From positions 38,688,001 through 38,752,000 of the forward strand of contig OX597826.1 of the NCBI GenBank assembly GCA_951406725.2: 64,000 nt of DNA, given 5' to 3'. Both the position numbers and the translations under genes were made by a program. This document shows, in pieces, positions 1 through 11,869 of the stretch. The stretch comes from Octopus vulgaris. Taxonomy: Eukaryota. Position 1 is the stretch's first letter. Each line of letters starts with the position of its first letter. Under the pieces are notes generated by a model that ran no database searches, was not told the DNA's origin, and saw nothing but the letters and a program-made list of their open reading frames with translations.

Positions 1-827
1 AAGTTTTTGTGTATATAGTAGAAAGAATTATTAAAACTATTTGATTTGTTTACAGAAGTAATGAAGCAAGACTACAAACTAGAAAAAAGGGAAAGTTGAA
101 AAAAAAAGTAAAGCTGGTAATCACTCACACATACACACATACACACACACATACGCACAATTTTTGCGCATATTTAATTACTGATTCAGAATGAACATTG
201 ATTTAGCAAGTAGTTGGTGTCATAACTTCATGTTTATGTAAATTAAATAAAGGGGCCAAATAGACCCCATATGTATTACATAAAGAAAATATAGAATACT
301 AACAGGTTATTTTGTTTGTTTATTTAATGTCCATTTATCTATGTTAATATGGTTTTGGACAAGGATACATTTGGAGTAGAATTTCATGACTTCATGCCCT
401 TCCTCTCACGAGCTCATATCTGTTTTCAAATATTTTTATTCCACTGGTTCTCAAAACCAAAATTGACCAGTCATCATCTCAAGAAGGTATATAAACATAC
501 AGTTTCCCTCCACCAGATTCACTCGCAAAGCATTGCTTGGCTAAAGTAGAAGACATCTGTCCAAAATATAGCAAAGCAGGGCTGAATTTAAAACCATGTG
601 GTTGTGAAACGAATTTCTTAACCACACAGCTATGTCAGCATCTTCACATACTTTCTCTTTCTGATCTCTCTCTCTCTCTCACACACACACACATTTTGAA
701 CAAATACACATCTCAGACAAGGTTTAGCATGGTGTGGGGAGTGTTTAAACCACAGCAATAACACTGATAGCATTTTGAACGGCATTAATGACAAGAAATG
801 AAAGATGAATGTGTATCTCTAACATAC

Positions 828-864
828 CTGCTTGTAGTTTCTCCCTCTTCCGTTTTTCTAGTCC
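828..864 (-). CDS. Candidate 37-nt coding exon of an unidentified host gene (GLEKRKREKLQA-G)
   Basis: Minus strand reads ttttaccttccag|GGACTA...CAAGCAG|gtatgt, with a canonical acceptor and donor in non-repetitive sequence. An in-frame AAAATG at 927 (MPLVRQRSNSFP...) could be an alternative start. Confidence 0.45.
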
Positions 865-1119
865 CTGGAAGGTAAAACGAGCACAGATGAATGGAAATGA
901 ATTTGATCTCTGCCTTACAAGTGGCATTTTTAAAAAAAAATTTCTTTTTATTATTCACATATCAAATAGACTGAAGGCCTGAATGGAAACAAAGATAAAG
1001 ATGACAAAGGACAAAAGAGAGGAAGCGGGAAAGAGAGAGTAAAGAAAAAGACAAGTGTATGGAGACGTGTGTGCGTGCACGCATGCGTGTGTATGAGTGT
1101 GTATGCATGGTATGTATAT

Positions 1120-1157
<38 letters not shown>

Positions 1158-1976
1158 GCATTCATGTTTGAGTATGGAGGAAGATGGCAGGAAGAGGAGA
1201 GAGAGGGAGAGTGAGTAAGTTATATGGAGGGATGTGCGCATGCAAGGATGTGATGAAAGTGTGTAAGAATGTATGAGTGTTTGAATGAGGAGAAAAAATG
1301 ACGAAAATAAAATTAAAATAAAAACAAAATGCTTAAAAACACAATAAAAATAAAGCTGCAACTAATAAATTAGGTTGAAATTGTTCAATTGTTAGAATAA
1401 GAGAAGAGAGTGAGAGTAGTATGGAGAGAGAGAGAGGGAGATAGAAAAAGAGGAGTACTTTTCCACAGAGAAACGACAACAATGAAAACAGAAAAAAATG
1501 AAACCTCTAGAACTTCCTATAGAACCAGGTTCACTCCTCTAAACACACACATACACATGTGAGTGTATGTGTATATACATATATATACGCACACATATGT
1601 ATATATACACCATGCCAGCATGGAAAGTGGACATTAAATGGTGATGATGATGATACACAAGGCAACAGCAATAAAAAACAAGACTATTTTATAGCAATGA
1701 TTGCTGCCACCACACCAACCACTAACACCATCAACGCCACTACAGGGAGCCAACAAGAAGCCTCTAAGTGGTCAGATACTTGTTTGATCTGAGAGAAAAA
1801 TCAACCAAATGTCCTCTGAATCACAATGTCATAGGGAAAAAATGCATAGGATAATGTGGACTAGACTTGTCTACACATAGGAAAATGACAGGATGGTCAT
1901 GGCCGGTATACTTTTGATCATATGTCTTCTCAATCAGTACTGACCTGCAATTAAACAACAACAACAACTATGATGT

Positions 1977-2200
1977 AAATACCTATTTCTTTACTACCCT
2001 CAAGGGGCTAAACACAGAGAGGACAAACGGATTAAGTCGATTATATCGACCCCAGTGCGTAACTGGTACTTATTTAATCGACCCCGAAAGGATGAAAGGC
2101 AAAGTCGACCTCGGTGGAATTTGAACTCAGAACGTAGTGGCAGACGAAATACTGCAAAGTATTTCGCCCAGCATGCAAACGTTTCTGCCAGCTCGCTGCC
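1977..2200 (-). mobile_element. tRNA-derived SINE, family B
   Basis: A-box-like head (gagctggcagaaacgtt), B box GAGTTCAAATTCC, central gcctttcatcctttcggggtcgat; further copies at 16884, 23745, 48935 and 55141. Confidence 0.9.
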
Positions 2201-3059
2201 ATGATGATAAATACCACTACCAACAAAAACAATCAAGAGGCAAAATAGGGAGAAATGGAGGATGGGGAATAAATGTTTCAGGAAGTGGTGGTGATAGTAG
2301 AAGAGATGTCACTACATGACCATGAAGAGGGAAGAGTGGGTTAGTAGTCAAGAATGAGTTAAGACAATAGCTTTAGTTTTCCTTTCATGTGTTATTATTA
2401 TCATCATCACCATATCACAATCAAGAACCAATGAATGAGGAAGCCTCTACATTTTTGCTCCACCTACTAAAAATAATTAGTCAAATATCCCTCAATTTAC
2501 ATATCCTACAGTCTTTAAAAATGGACACACTGAATAATATGGTGCTTGGTTCTGGTGCATACAGGAGAAAGATGGATTGCTCATGGCTGGATTGGTTTTG
2601 ATACAGGCTTGTTTAATCTGAGCTGACCTGGTGCTAAATAACTGGAACACGAGCCAATGAACTCACTATGCAGTCTCTAGACTTGTTAGAAATAGTAGAC
2701 AAATATACTTTAAAAAACAAAGACAGACACACTACATTACCACATTAGTATAGTCCTTGATATACACCCCATCTTCACCCCAGATAGTTAATGACTTGAA
2801 CACCTTTGATCACAGGGCTGTTTAATCAGAGTTGGCACTGTGTTTTTTAAGCAAAAACACATCACATTCATTGTCATCATCTCATCATAATCGTTGTCGT
2901 CGTCATCATCATCACTGCCACCACTCTAATCATTATCATCAGTATCAGTAATTAACACCACTATTATACTCCACCATATAACCTCTGTTTCAATTCTACT
3001 CAGGCTAAAATGCCAGTCAAATTCCTATACTCCCTTGTATTTGCTAATATCAAAAATAT

Positions 3060-4135
3060 TATCCCCATTAAGTATTAAGTACTTAAAAGCTGTTCCACAT
3101 AAAGAGTGCTACGAATACCTAGGAAGGTGCTGTGAATAAAGATAGAATGACCTCAGAATATTATACCAGACTTGGAAAAATATGGCAGTCTCATCCTACA
3201 ATACATTTGCAGTACCAGTGCTGATACCAACAGTTAGTATACATGATTGGTTTGTAGAGGAAATCCACTCCATAGATGTTAAAACCTGCAGGTTCATGAT
3301 ATCAACTGGTAACTCCCACAAAAATAGTGATATCAACAGTCTCTACCTAAGAAGAGATGGAAGAGGTTAGAGGCTTGAGATCAGTGCAAACAGCCTTCAA
3401 ATGTCATGTAGTCTCTCTCAGACAGTACCTGCTAAACAACAGCAGGAAAAATAAATACATAAACTTAGTGCTTAGAGAACAACAGCCTACATATTAACAG
3501 TGAGCTCCTCAGGAAGCACTGTCTTCCAGACGACCTCCCACACAGTCTCAAAACAACCAGATTAACATAAATCAAAGAAGATAGTATACCAAAAAACGAT
3601 TATGCATGGGTGTTTCCTGAAGACTTGAAGAAGACATTGATATGGATGAGAAACAAGACTCATTTATAACTATGATGACTGCCACCACGCCAACCACTAA
3701 CACCAATAACACCATCAAAACCACTACAAGGAGCCAACAAGAAGCCTCTATGTGGTCAGATACTTGCTTGATCTGAGAGAAACATCAACCAAATGTCCAT
3801 TGAAACACACGATGTCATAGGGAAAAAATGCATAGGGTAATGTGGACTAGACTTCTCTGCACATAGGAAAATGACAGGATGGTCATGGCTGGTATACTTC
3901 TGATTACAGCCTTTCTTGAACATATGACTGTTACATCACATTATACTTCAAAGACTATGCATTTGCAATCCAAGAACAGGAGATTGCTATAAAATACATT
4001 AGAAACAAAAAAGACAGTGGAGCCCTTAATGCAGCCAAAAATGTCATGTTTCTGTAGAAGATAACACATGAGATTAGCAACTACCCCAAAATATCATTAA
4101 GGTACTGCCTCCCTATACAACACAGTGTTGTCACA
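3060..4135 (+). pseudogene. R4/Dong-like LINE ORF 3' remnant, interrupted at ~3656-3908
   Basis: YNTFAVPVL...W...IDVKT...H.NSDINSLYLRR.GRG and AFAIQEQEI motifs of the post-RT region; many stops. Confidence 0.7.
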
Positions 4136-4209
4136 AAAATAATACACAATGACATTAAAAAAGACTGTTCTGCAATAAATATAGAGAATCACCCTGTTAT
4201 TGAATATAG

Positions 4210-4605
4210 GCAAGTTGAGGCCAGTAAAAATCGAAATTGATCAACATCAATGGAAATTGTAGCTGTAATACCAGTGTCGGTGGCATGTAAGAGAACCATT
4301 CGAACATGGCCATTGCTAGCGCCACCCTGACTGGCCTCCGTGCCGGTGGCACGTAAAAAGAACCATCCGATTGTGGCCGTTGCCAGCCTTGTCTGGCCTC
4401 CGTGCCGGTGGCACATAAAAAGCACCATCTGATCATGGCCGTTTGCACCCACTACACTCATGGAATAGTTGGCGTTAGGAGAAACACTGCCAGATCAGAC
4501 TGGGCCTGGTGCAGCCTTCTGGCTTCCCAGACCTCAGTTGAACTGTCCAACCCATGCTAGCATGGAAAGCGGACGTTAAACGATGATGATGATGATGATG
4601 ATGAT
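4210..4605 (+). mobile_element. SINE family C with (GAT)n tail
   Basis: Internal gtgccggtggcacgtaaaaag repeats; 3' end cccatgctagcatggaaagcggacgttaaac(gat)n; copies at 7138, 15197, 54880 and 60262. Confidence 0.85.
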
Positions 4606-4919
4606 ACACACAAAAACAATATACAATGTCATCTGGAAAAAAGGCTATCCTGGAATAAATATAGAGAGGCTCCTTGTTATTGAATAAGTACACAAACATC
4701 AATATAAGGAAGAGTAAAGTATGCAAGGCTTTTCTCAAGTTTAAAATGGAAATTTGTTTTTCTTATCTACATTCAAACAATATAGTGTTATGTCTTTGCT
4801 AGAAACCAGTTTCTTCGTCAGAGGAAGAATACTAATAATTAAAAACAGAAACAGACAAATGTACGTAAGTACATACATACATACATACAAGGTGTCCCAA
4901 AATAATACATATACATATA

Positions 4920-5220
4920 CTAGCTGGGTATCCCATCGTTGAGTAATTTTCACAATAAAATAAATGCAATGGCAGACTTTCGGAATAGCACATCAACATA
5001 AGTTGGATTTTCTGTTTTAATGGGGATTTTTCAATGGGGATTTTTAATTTAATGGGGATTTTTGAAGTTTTTGTTTTCACCACACCCTTGTGAATGATAG
5101 TGGAGAGCGTTTTATGAAGAAAATTTTGGAAAATTTATGAATACCCTCCCACCACCCACCAAATCCACACACTTCCAGAACAACTTTGTCCAATTATTTT
5201 TTGCACTACGAACTAAAAAA
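4920..5220 (-). mobile_element. Helitron-like non-autonomous element, 3' end
   Basis: Minus strand ends CTAG|T; homologous to 40683-40907, where a subterminal hairpin is visible. Confidence 0.45.
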
Positions 5221-5972
5221 CAATGGGAGACACCTTTTCCATTAAAAAAAACCCCCCAAAATTTGAAAAGTTGTGAACCTCCATACTGATTTTATACATT
5301 TTTTTTTTTGTACTATGCACTTAAAAACGATGTAGGTTAAAGCCTTCAAGGTTTAAAAAAAAAAAATATTTGGAAATTAGCTATTACCATCACAATCCCC
5401 ACTTCCTTTATTTTCAAACAGGCAATGAAACGTAATTTAAAACAATTGTGAAATTAAAAAACATTTTTTAATCAACCCTGCTTCCCTATAAATCCTAAAA
5501 TTTCAGCTATTTTCCAAATCTTTTTTATCATAGTTTTAAAATACAAACAGTCTGAATCTACAATTTGTTTCTGTGCATAATTTCAAAATAATTTGCAGAT
5601 GAAAAGGTAATTCAAGGAAGATTAAGTAGATGGTTCTAGTACATCCCACACCATCTGGTACCTTCCTTTGTTTTTCTGTTACTCTGACATGTATTGATGC
5701 TTTTCAATATTTTTCTACTCATAAGAACATTGTATGGAATGATGATACAGTGGTCCATTATTAGGATTTAAGCAACAATGAAAAAATTTTGTAATTGGAA
5801 TTTTTAATCTCCACCCAACAACAAGTGAGTGTGTGTGTGTGTGTGTGTGTAAGACAAAACATATTTACTAACAGAAATGTATGCCATTAAGATAAATAAT
5901 TTTTTTCATACCTATTTTAAATCACCCTGTTGCTTTAATGAAATTCCTTACACACATGTATACACACACATT

Positions 5973-6014
<42 letters not shown>

Positions 6015-6370
6015 TAGTGTTAGCAACATACTTTTATAGAAGGTGAAATAGTGTAGTAAATATATAGAGAGAAGGGGAAAGTTTACCATGAAAAAAGCAA
6101 AAGATGAAAGAGATAGACAAATATATATATATAGAGAGAGAGATCTTTTCTGTTGCTGTGACAGATTTTGAAATTTTAAAATTAAGTTAAAATTTTTTAA
6201 TTTGGTACATCGATGTATGTCTTCAAACTAAATTCAATTTTGTGATTCATTGATTTCATAATAATTTTAGAAAACTGTTACAGACGTTTAAAGTTTGATC
6301 ATTTTTATCCATTCAGAAACCAGGATTTGTGTGTGATAGCCGTGTATCATAAACTGAAAGTAAGCAGTAT

Positions 6371-6524
6371 AGGCATAGGAGTGGCTGTGTGATAAGTTGC
6401 GTGCTACTAACCACATGATACTAACCACTGCATGGCACCTTGGGCAAGTGTCTTCTACTACAGCCATGGGCCGACCAAAGCCTTGTGAGTGGATTTGGTA
6501 GACGGAAACTGAAAGAATGCCGTC

Positions 6525-6558
<34 letters not shown>

Positions 6559-6672
6559 GAGTGTCTTTTTGCCTTGTTAACAATAAACACAGAAAAAATA
6601 AATAATATCAGTGGAATTTTCGAAACGTGTGTCGAAAGTAAAAGTATTTGATTTATACCTGAGTCAAACTCC

Positions 6673-6707
<35 letters not shown>

Positions 6708-6925
6708 TGTACATGTTTGTACATCTGTGTTTGTCCCCCACTGTTGCTTGGCAACCACTGTTAGTGTGTTTATGTCCCCGTAACTTGGCAGTTTGGCAAA
6801 AGTGACTGATAAAATAAGTACTAGGCTTACAAAGAATAAGTCCTGGGGTCAATTTGTTTGACTAAAGGTGGTGCTCCAGCATGGCCTCAGTCAAATGACT
6901 GAAACAAGTAAAAGAATAAAAGAAA
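6371..6925 (+). mobile_element. tRNA-derived CORE-type SINE, family A, with a PLE-type fragment inside its (TA)n tract
   Basis: ggagtggctgtgtg...caccttgggcaagtgtctt (CORE-like)...ctgaaacaagtaaaaga; 6552-6675 matches the repeat at 7470-7752 and 35080-35210. Confidence 0.9.
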
Positions 6926-7412
6926 TTACAAGACAAAGTTTTAAGCAAAACGAAAGCAATGCGTAAGCGATAATACATATATGGAGAGAGAGAGTAATAA
7001 AGAGTGTAGTAAATGGAGGTGTAAGAGAGAGAGAGATTGATGGTGACAGATAGAGAGGAGAGATTTGTCAATCTAAAAACTGAGTTATTTCTTATAGCAA
7101 ATTATATTTTTAGATTACTATTTATGGACAATTTGCTGGCTGGTTGGTGTCAGGAAGGGCATCCAGCTGTAAAAACCCTGCCAAAACAGACACAGAAATC
7201 TGGTGCAGGCTCCGCCTGGCCAGTCCCTGTCAAACAATCCAACCCATGCCAGCATGGAAGGTGGACATTAGACAATGATGATGATGATGACAACCTTCTC
7301 TTTGGGATGCAAATTTCAAAAATCAAATTCATTTTCTTCACAGACAAACTGTTTCAAACTATTTCCGGGCTAAACACAGATACTTAACCACATACACACT
7401 CATTTATATAGA

Positions 7413-7471
<59 letters not shown>

Positions 7472-7666
7472 AATAGATGAGTGTATTTTTACCTTGTTAA
7501 CAATTAACACGGAAAAATAAATAAATAGTTACCAGGGCAGAAAAAATCTCACAAGTAAAGGTGTTGTAACACCTTGTTATAAAGGTTGAAACTTCGTGTT
7601 TACGTTGAATATTTTGAATAATATGAATAAAAAATGGAGTTAACGCAGGTGTAAACAAGTATTTTT

Positions 7667-7752
7667 ACTTTCGACACATGTTTCGAAAATTCCACTGATA
7701 CTATTCAAAAGAATAAATGGTATAAACAATGCAATCTTCTCTTCGGGAAAGT
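7667..7752 (-). ncRNA. Type I hammerhead ribozyme-like motif, U4C core
   Basis: actttc-CCGAAGA-gaagatt...aattttc-GAAAC-atgt-GTC-gaaagt; perfect 6-bp stem I, palindromic ACATGT at stem III. Confidence 0.65.
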
Positions 7753-7768
7753 GAAAAAAACGAAACTC

Positions 7769-7838
7769 GTCAATACGACATTTTAGCAAAAAATGATGGA
7801 TTTGTATCCATCATTTTTTGCTAAAATGTTGTATTGAC
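7769..7838. repeat. Fold-back inverted repeat, 33-bp arms, 4-nt loop
   Basis: gtcaatacgacattttagcaaaaaatgatggat-ttgt-atccatcattttttgctaaaatgttgtattgac. Confidence 0.95.
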
Positions 7839-7849
7839 ATTTACTATGC

Positions 7850-10670
7850 ATTAGGCAGGCTACCTGAAGAGAAACACCACTGCACACCCTTATCAAATAT
7901 GGAGAACATGAAATCAAGACAGCAAACTATATTTGGATGAAAACAAGCAAATGTTAGGAGGGATATTTTCAGAAATAAAAGGCTCACAGATAGTAAAATA
8001 ACCACGATCAAACAAGCAGCGGAAAATGACCTAAATATAAGACAAAAAGAAAATGAAGAACTAGACAAAGAGAGTAAATCTCTATGAGTCTCAATTAAAA
8101 GATTACCATTTGACCAGAACATGCAAACATCAGGAGAAATAAATTGTAATGAACCTGATAAAGATAGCGAGAAAAGTGGCAAAGAAACAATATTTGAAGA
8201 TTATACACTTACTGAAGAACATAGAGAGTCTATGATAGAAATGAAGAAGAAAATCCTGAATAAGCTTGCAGTTGGAAGATGCACCAAATGCAGATAGAGA
8301 ACCACTTCATAAACTCTCAAATACAATCCAAAATAGAAAACAAATTGAAATTGGAAACTATATAACAAAAGAAATTATACAAGAACTAAAACTAGATCTC
8401 ACTAAATTAAATGAAATTATTTACACAGCTGCTAAGACAATTGAAACTAGTCTTATGCTTCTGAAAAAACAAAGAAATACAAACCTGAGAAGAATTTCAA
8501 ACTGAAAAGGTAAAATTGAAAAAGAGATTAAAATAATGAGAGGCGAAATACCAATATTGAATGAACTAATCTGTAGAAACGATGTAAAAACCAGAAAAGG
8601 AAGAAAGATGAAGAGAAAAAATAGATTTTCACCAACAGAAGAACTACTTTCAGTGAAAGAAACACTGTGACAAAACGTCCACGCAAAAGCTCAAAGAATA
8701 CGAAAATTTAAGAAGAGAAACAAATTTTACAAGTAAAATAAGCTGTTCACATCCAATGCGAAAACATTCTATAGAGAAATAGGGAAGGAGAAAATAACCG
8801 TTGAAGATCCCACCACCTGCCATGGAAGAAGTTGAAAACTTCTGGAAAAATATCTAGAGTGATGAAAAGACTTACAATGAAAATGCAGACTGGATTAGAC
8901 GCACAGAAGGATCCTGCCAAAACTTACTAGAACAAGCATGGGAAAACATCACAATAGCAAATCTAATGATGACACTGACAAAGGCTCATAAGTGGAAATC
9001 CCCTGGTAATGACAGGGTGCCAAATTTCTGGCTTGCCTCGCTCCCATGTACACATGCAAAATTAGTCCAGTTATTCAATGAAATTATGAGAGATCCTACA
9101 AAAATACCTGATTGGTTAGCAAGAGGTATTACTTAACTACTCTTGAAGAATAATCTAACCAAATTTTCCCAAAACTATAGGGCCATAACATGTTTATCTA
9201 CCATATATACAAATTTATGGAACAGAACAATATTTTCCCCACTGAACAAAAAGGATGCTGATGAGGCTCATATGGATGTAAAGACCAACTCTTAATCAAT
9301 CACATGATCCTTGAGAACTGTCATAACAAACACAGAAATCTCAGTTCTTCATGGATTGATTATAAAAAGGCCTTTGACAGCATACTGCATTCATGGATCT
9401 TGAAATCGCTGGATATCTGAAGCACAGCATGTCAATGTGGAATATGAATCTCCAATTATACCACTCTAATGGAGTACTGACCACAAAAATTATTAATATT
9501 AACTGCAGCATCTTCCAAGGCGACTCACTTCCACCTTTAATTTTCTGCACAGCCCTAATACCTCTTGCAAATAAACTTAACCCTTTTGATACCAACCCGA
9601 CTGAAACTGCCTCTGGCTCTGTAGTACAAATGTCTTGTTTTCATAAATTTCGAATTAAAATCTTCCACCAAACCTTAGTCACAATTTATGCTCCTAACAC
9701 CAGCTTAATGATAACTCAGTTATTTTACTAAGTTCTTTGTTATATTTAAAATTAATTGAAAGAAACAGAGCATCACAAAATAAATGCGGTAAGGAAAGGG
9801 TTAACAGAATAAGGTATGGATATAAAATTGGCAACAAGAAAATAAATCAAGTATTGGATGACTTAAAACTCTATGGCTTAAGATGATAAAGTTGCAGGAC
9901 TACTACGTACTGTGAAAGCATTCAGTGATGACTTCAGGATGGAATGTGGTATTGATAAATGTGGCAAGGCCACTTTCTAGAAAGGGAAATTGAAGACCTC
10001 ACATTCAGTGGTGTGGAATGTTGACATAGTCATAAAAGAACTTGAGCAGGAATAAACTTACAAATACCTCAGTTTAAATGAGGGCTCTAGTATTCAGCAT
10101 GCAAGTATGAAAGAGAAGATGAGAAAGGAGTGTTACAAGAGAGTAAATCCGTAAGCTTGCAATAAGATGTACCACCCAAAGGCAGACACAGACTGTCTTT
10201 ACCTACCCAGAGCTTAAGGAGGCCAAGGCTTGATCCAGTTTGAAATCTCCCACAAAACCACCACAATTGGACTAGCAAAATATCTTGAAACATCTCATGA
10301 CTGGATACTAAAGCTCATTGAAAACCATGAAAGATGCAAGAAGCTTCGTCCTGTTATGAAGGAGAACAAAAATTTTTCAAGTGAGTTTATGCATAATACC
10401 CAGGTTGAACAGCATGATGGAAGTGTGGCAACTGTAGTTGAAAAGAAGGTGAAATCAATAGCAAAGCAGAATGCATTTGAACTGATAGGTGGGAACAAAA
10501 ACCTCTGCATGGCAAATATGTCCTGTAGCAAACAAGCTGATGTAGACCAGAAGTACACCCATCAGTGGCTATGGAGCTCAGGGATAAAGGCAGGGAATAA
10601 AGGCTTTATCTTGGCTGCCCAAGATCAGAGCTTATTGACCCAGAACTATCAAGCCAGTAATGTGGGGTGA
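7850..10670 (+). pseudogene. R4/Dong-like non-LTR retrotransposon, long decayed RT ORF
   Basis: WKSPGND, NYRAITCL, EQKGC, KDQLLIN, WIDYKKAFDS, IFQGDSLPPLIFC, LDDLKLY, YKYL, HPKADTDCLYLPR, GFILAAQDQ motifs in order, with stops and frameshifts. Confidence 0.9.
9581..9800. mobile_element. piggyBac-type MITE
   Basis: TTAA duplicated at 9577-9580 and 9801-9804; imperfect TIR CCCTTT...AAAGGG; removing it restores the LINE frame (LIPLANKLNRIRYGYKIG). Confidence 0.9.
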
Positions 10671-10706
10671 TTATAAGCGAGAAAGAAGCAACAAGAATGG
10701 ATAGGT

Positions 10707-10797
10707 TTTTAGTACAATCGTTTCATACAAGGACAGGCTTTATTAAAAGTTGCAAAAATTGCAGCATATAAACGTGTCCCGTACTCATCAGCTAAAA
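10707..10797 (-). ncRNA. Type I hammerhead ribozyme (left palindrome arm)
   Basis: Reverse complement of the motif at 11177-11266. Confidence 0.75.
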
Positions 10798-11176
10798 TAC
10801 ATGTGAGTTCTCTAGACATCTTAGTAGTTGAGGCTATACTCATGAAGTAATGTAGATAATTAAGTAACATAAACAGATTTCCAAAGTTCATTAAAGTTCT
10901 TTAAAGATGATGTACAGTCTTATCACAGAATTTTAAAAAAGTTTTAATAGCATCACAGAGAAGGTGACTTAATCCATAGTGTACATATGTACATTCATAT
11001 GTACACTATGGATTAAGTCACCTTCTCTGTGATGCTATTAAAACTTTTTAAAATTCTGTGATAAGACTGTACATCATCTTTAAAGAACTTTGGAAATCTG
11101 TTTATGTTACTTAATTATCTACATTACTTCATGAGTATAGCCTCAACTACTAAGATGTCTAGAGAACTCACATGTA

Positions 11177-11266
11177 TTTTAGCTGATGAGTACGGGACAC
11201 GTTTATATGCTGCAATTTTGCAACTTTTAATAAAGCCTGTCCTTGTATGAAACGATTGTACTAAAA
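11177..11266 (+). ncRNA. Type I hammerhead ribozyme (right palindrome arm)
   Basis: ttttag-CTGATGA-gtacgggaca...tgtccttgtat-GAAAC-gatt-GTA-ctaaaa; perfect 6-bp stem I, long stem II, predicted cleavage after 11260. Confidence 0.8.
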
Positions 11267-11295
11267 ACCTATCCATTCTTGTTGCTTCTTTCTCG

Positions 11296-11338
<43 letters not shown>

Positions 11339-11448
11339 GGCATGTACATATATGTGTGTATATATGCATATATATTATTCATATTTATTATATACATACA
11401 GACATACATATATACATACATGTGTGTGTGTGTGTATATATTTATATA

Positions 11449-11488
<40 letters not shown>

Positions 11489-11721
11489 TTATATTTATAA
11501 ATAAGGATAATATCGATATTATCAAGTGGCCAGCATGGGAAAAAATACCATACAAAGGTAATAATTTTTTTACAACTAAAAATAAGGGTGTCTGAGAGAC
11601 ACCACCATGCTGAAATAGCAGTCAAAACCCTGACTTTAAAAACCACGTTAAATGTTCATATAATGTACCATGAGATAAGACAGAGGGACAAAATAGACTA
11701 GCAAAAAATATTATTGAATAA

Positions 11722-11778
11722 TTCAAGATCCAGGATTTCTGGTTTTGCTTTAAATAAGCTTTACCGTCATCGGTTGAA
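11722..11778 (-). ncRNA. Type I hammerhead ribozyme-like motif, U4C core
   Basis: ttcaa-CCGATGA-cggt...acca-GAAAT-cctgg-ATC-ttgaa; 5-bp stem I; lies in a repeat (11500-11810) flanked by (TA)n. Confidence 0.55.
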
Positions 11779-11869
11779 TATATCAAAAGTACATAAATAC
11801 AGATATATATATTAGTTATATATATATATATAGGTGCAAGAGTAGCTGTGTGGTAAGTAGCTTGCTTAC

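Larger units (their letters stand above)
10676..11297. repeat. ~620-bp near-perfect palindrome (PLE pseudo-LTR fold-back)
   Basis: Arms 10676-10989 and 10996-11297 are reverse complements; loop TACATT; by eye they differ only by small indels. Confidence 0.95.

Noticed and set aside
5640-5725. Possible minus-strand mini-exon
   Set aside because: Weak donor (gtacca), no clear acceptor and only a short frame
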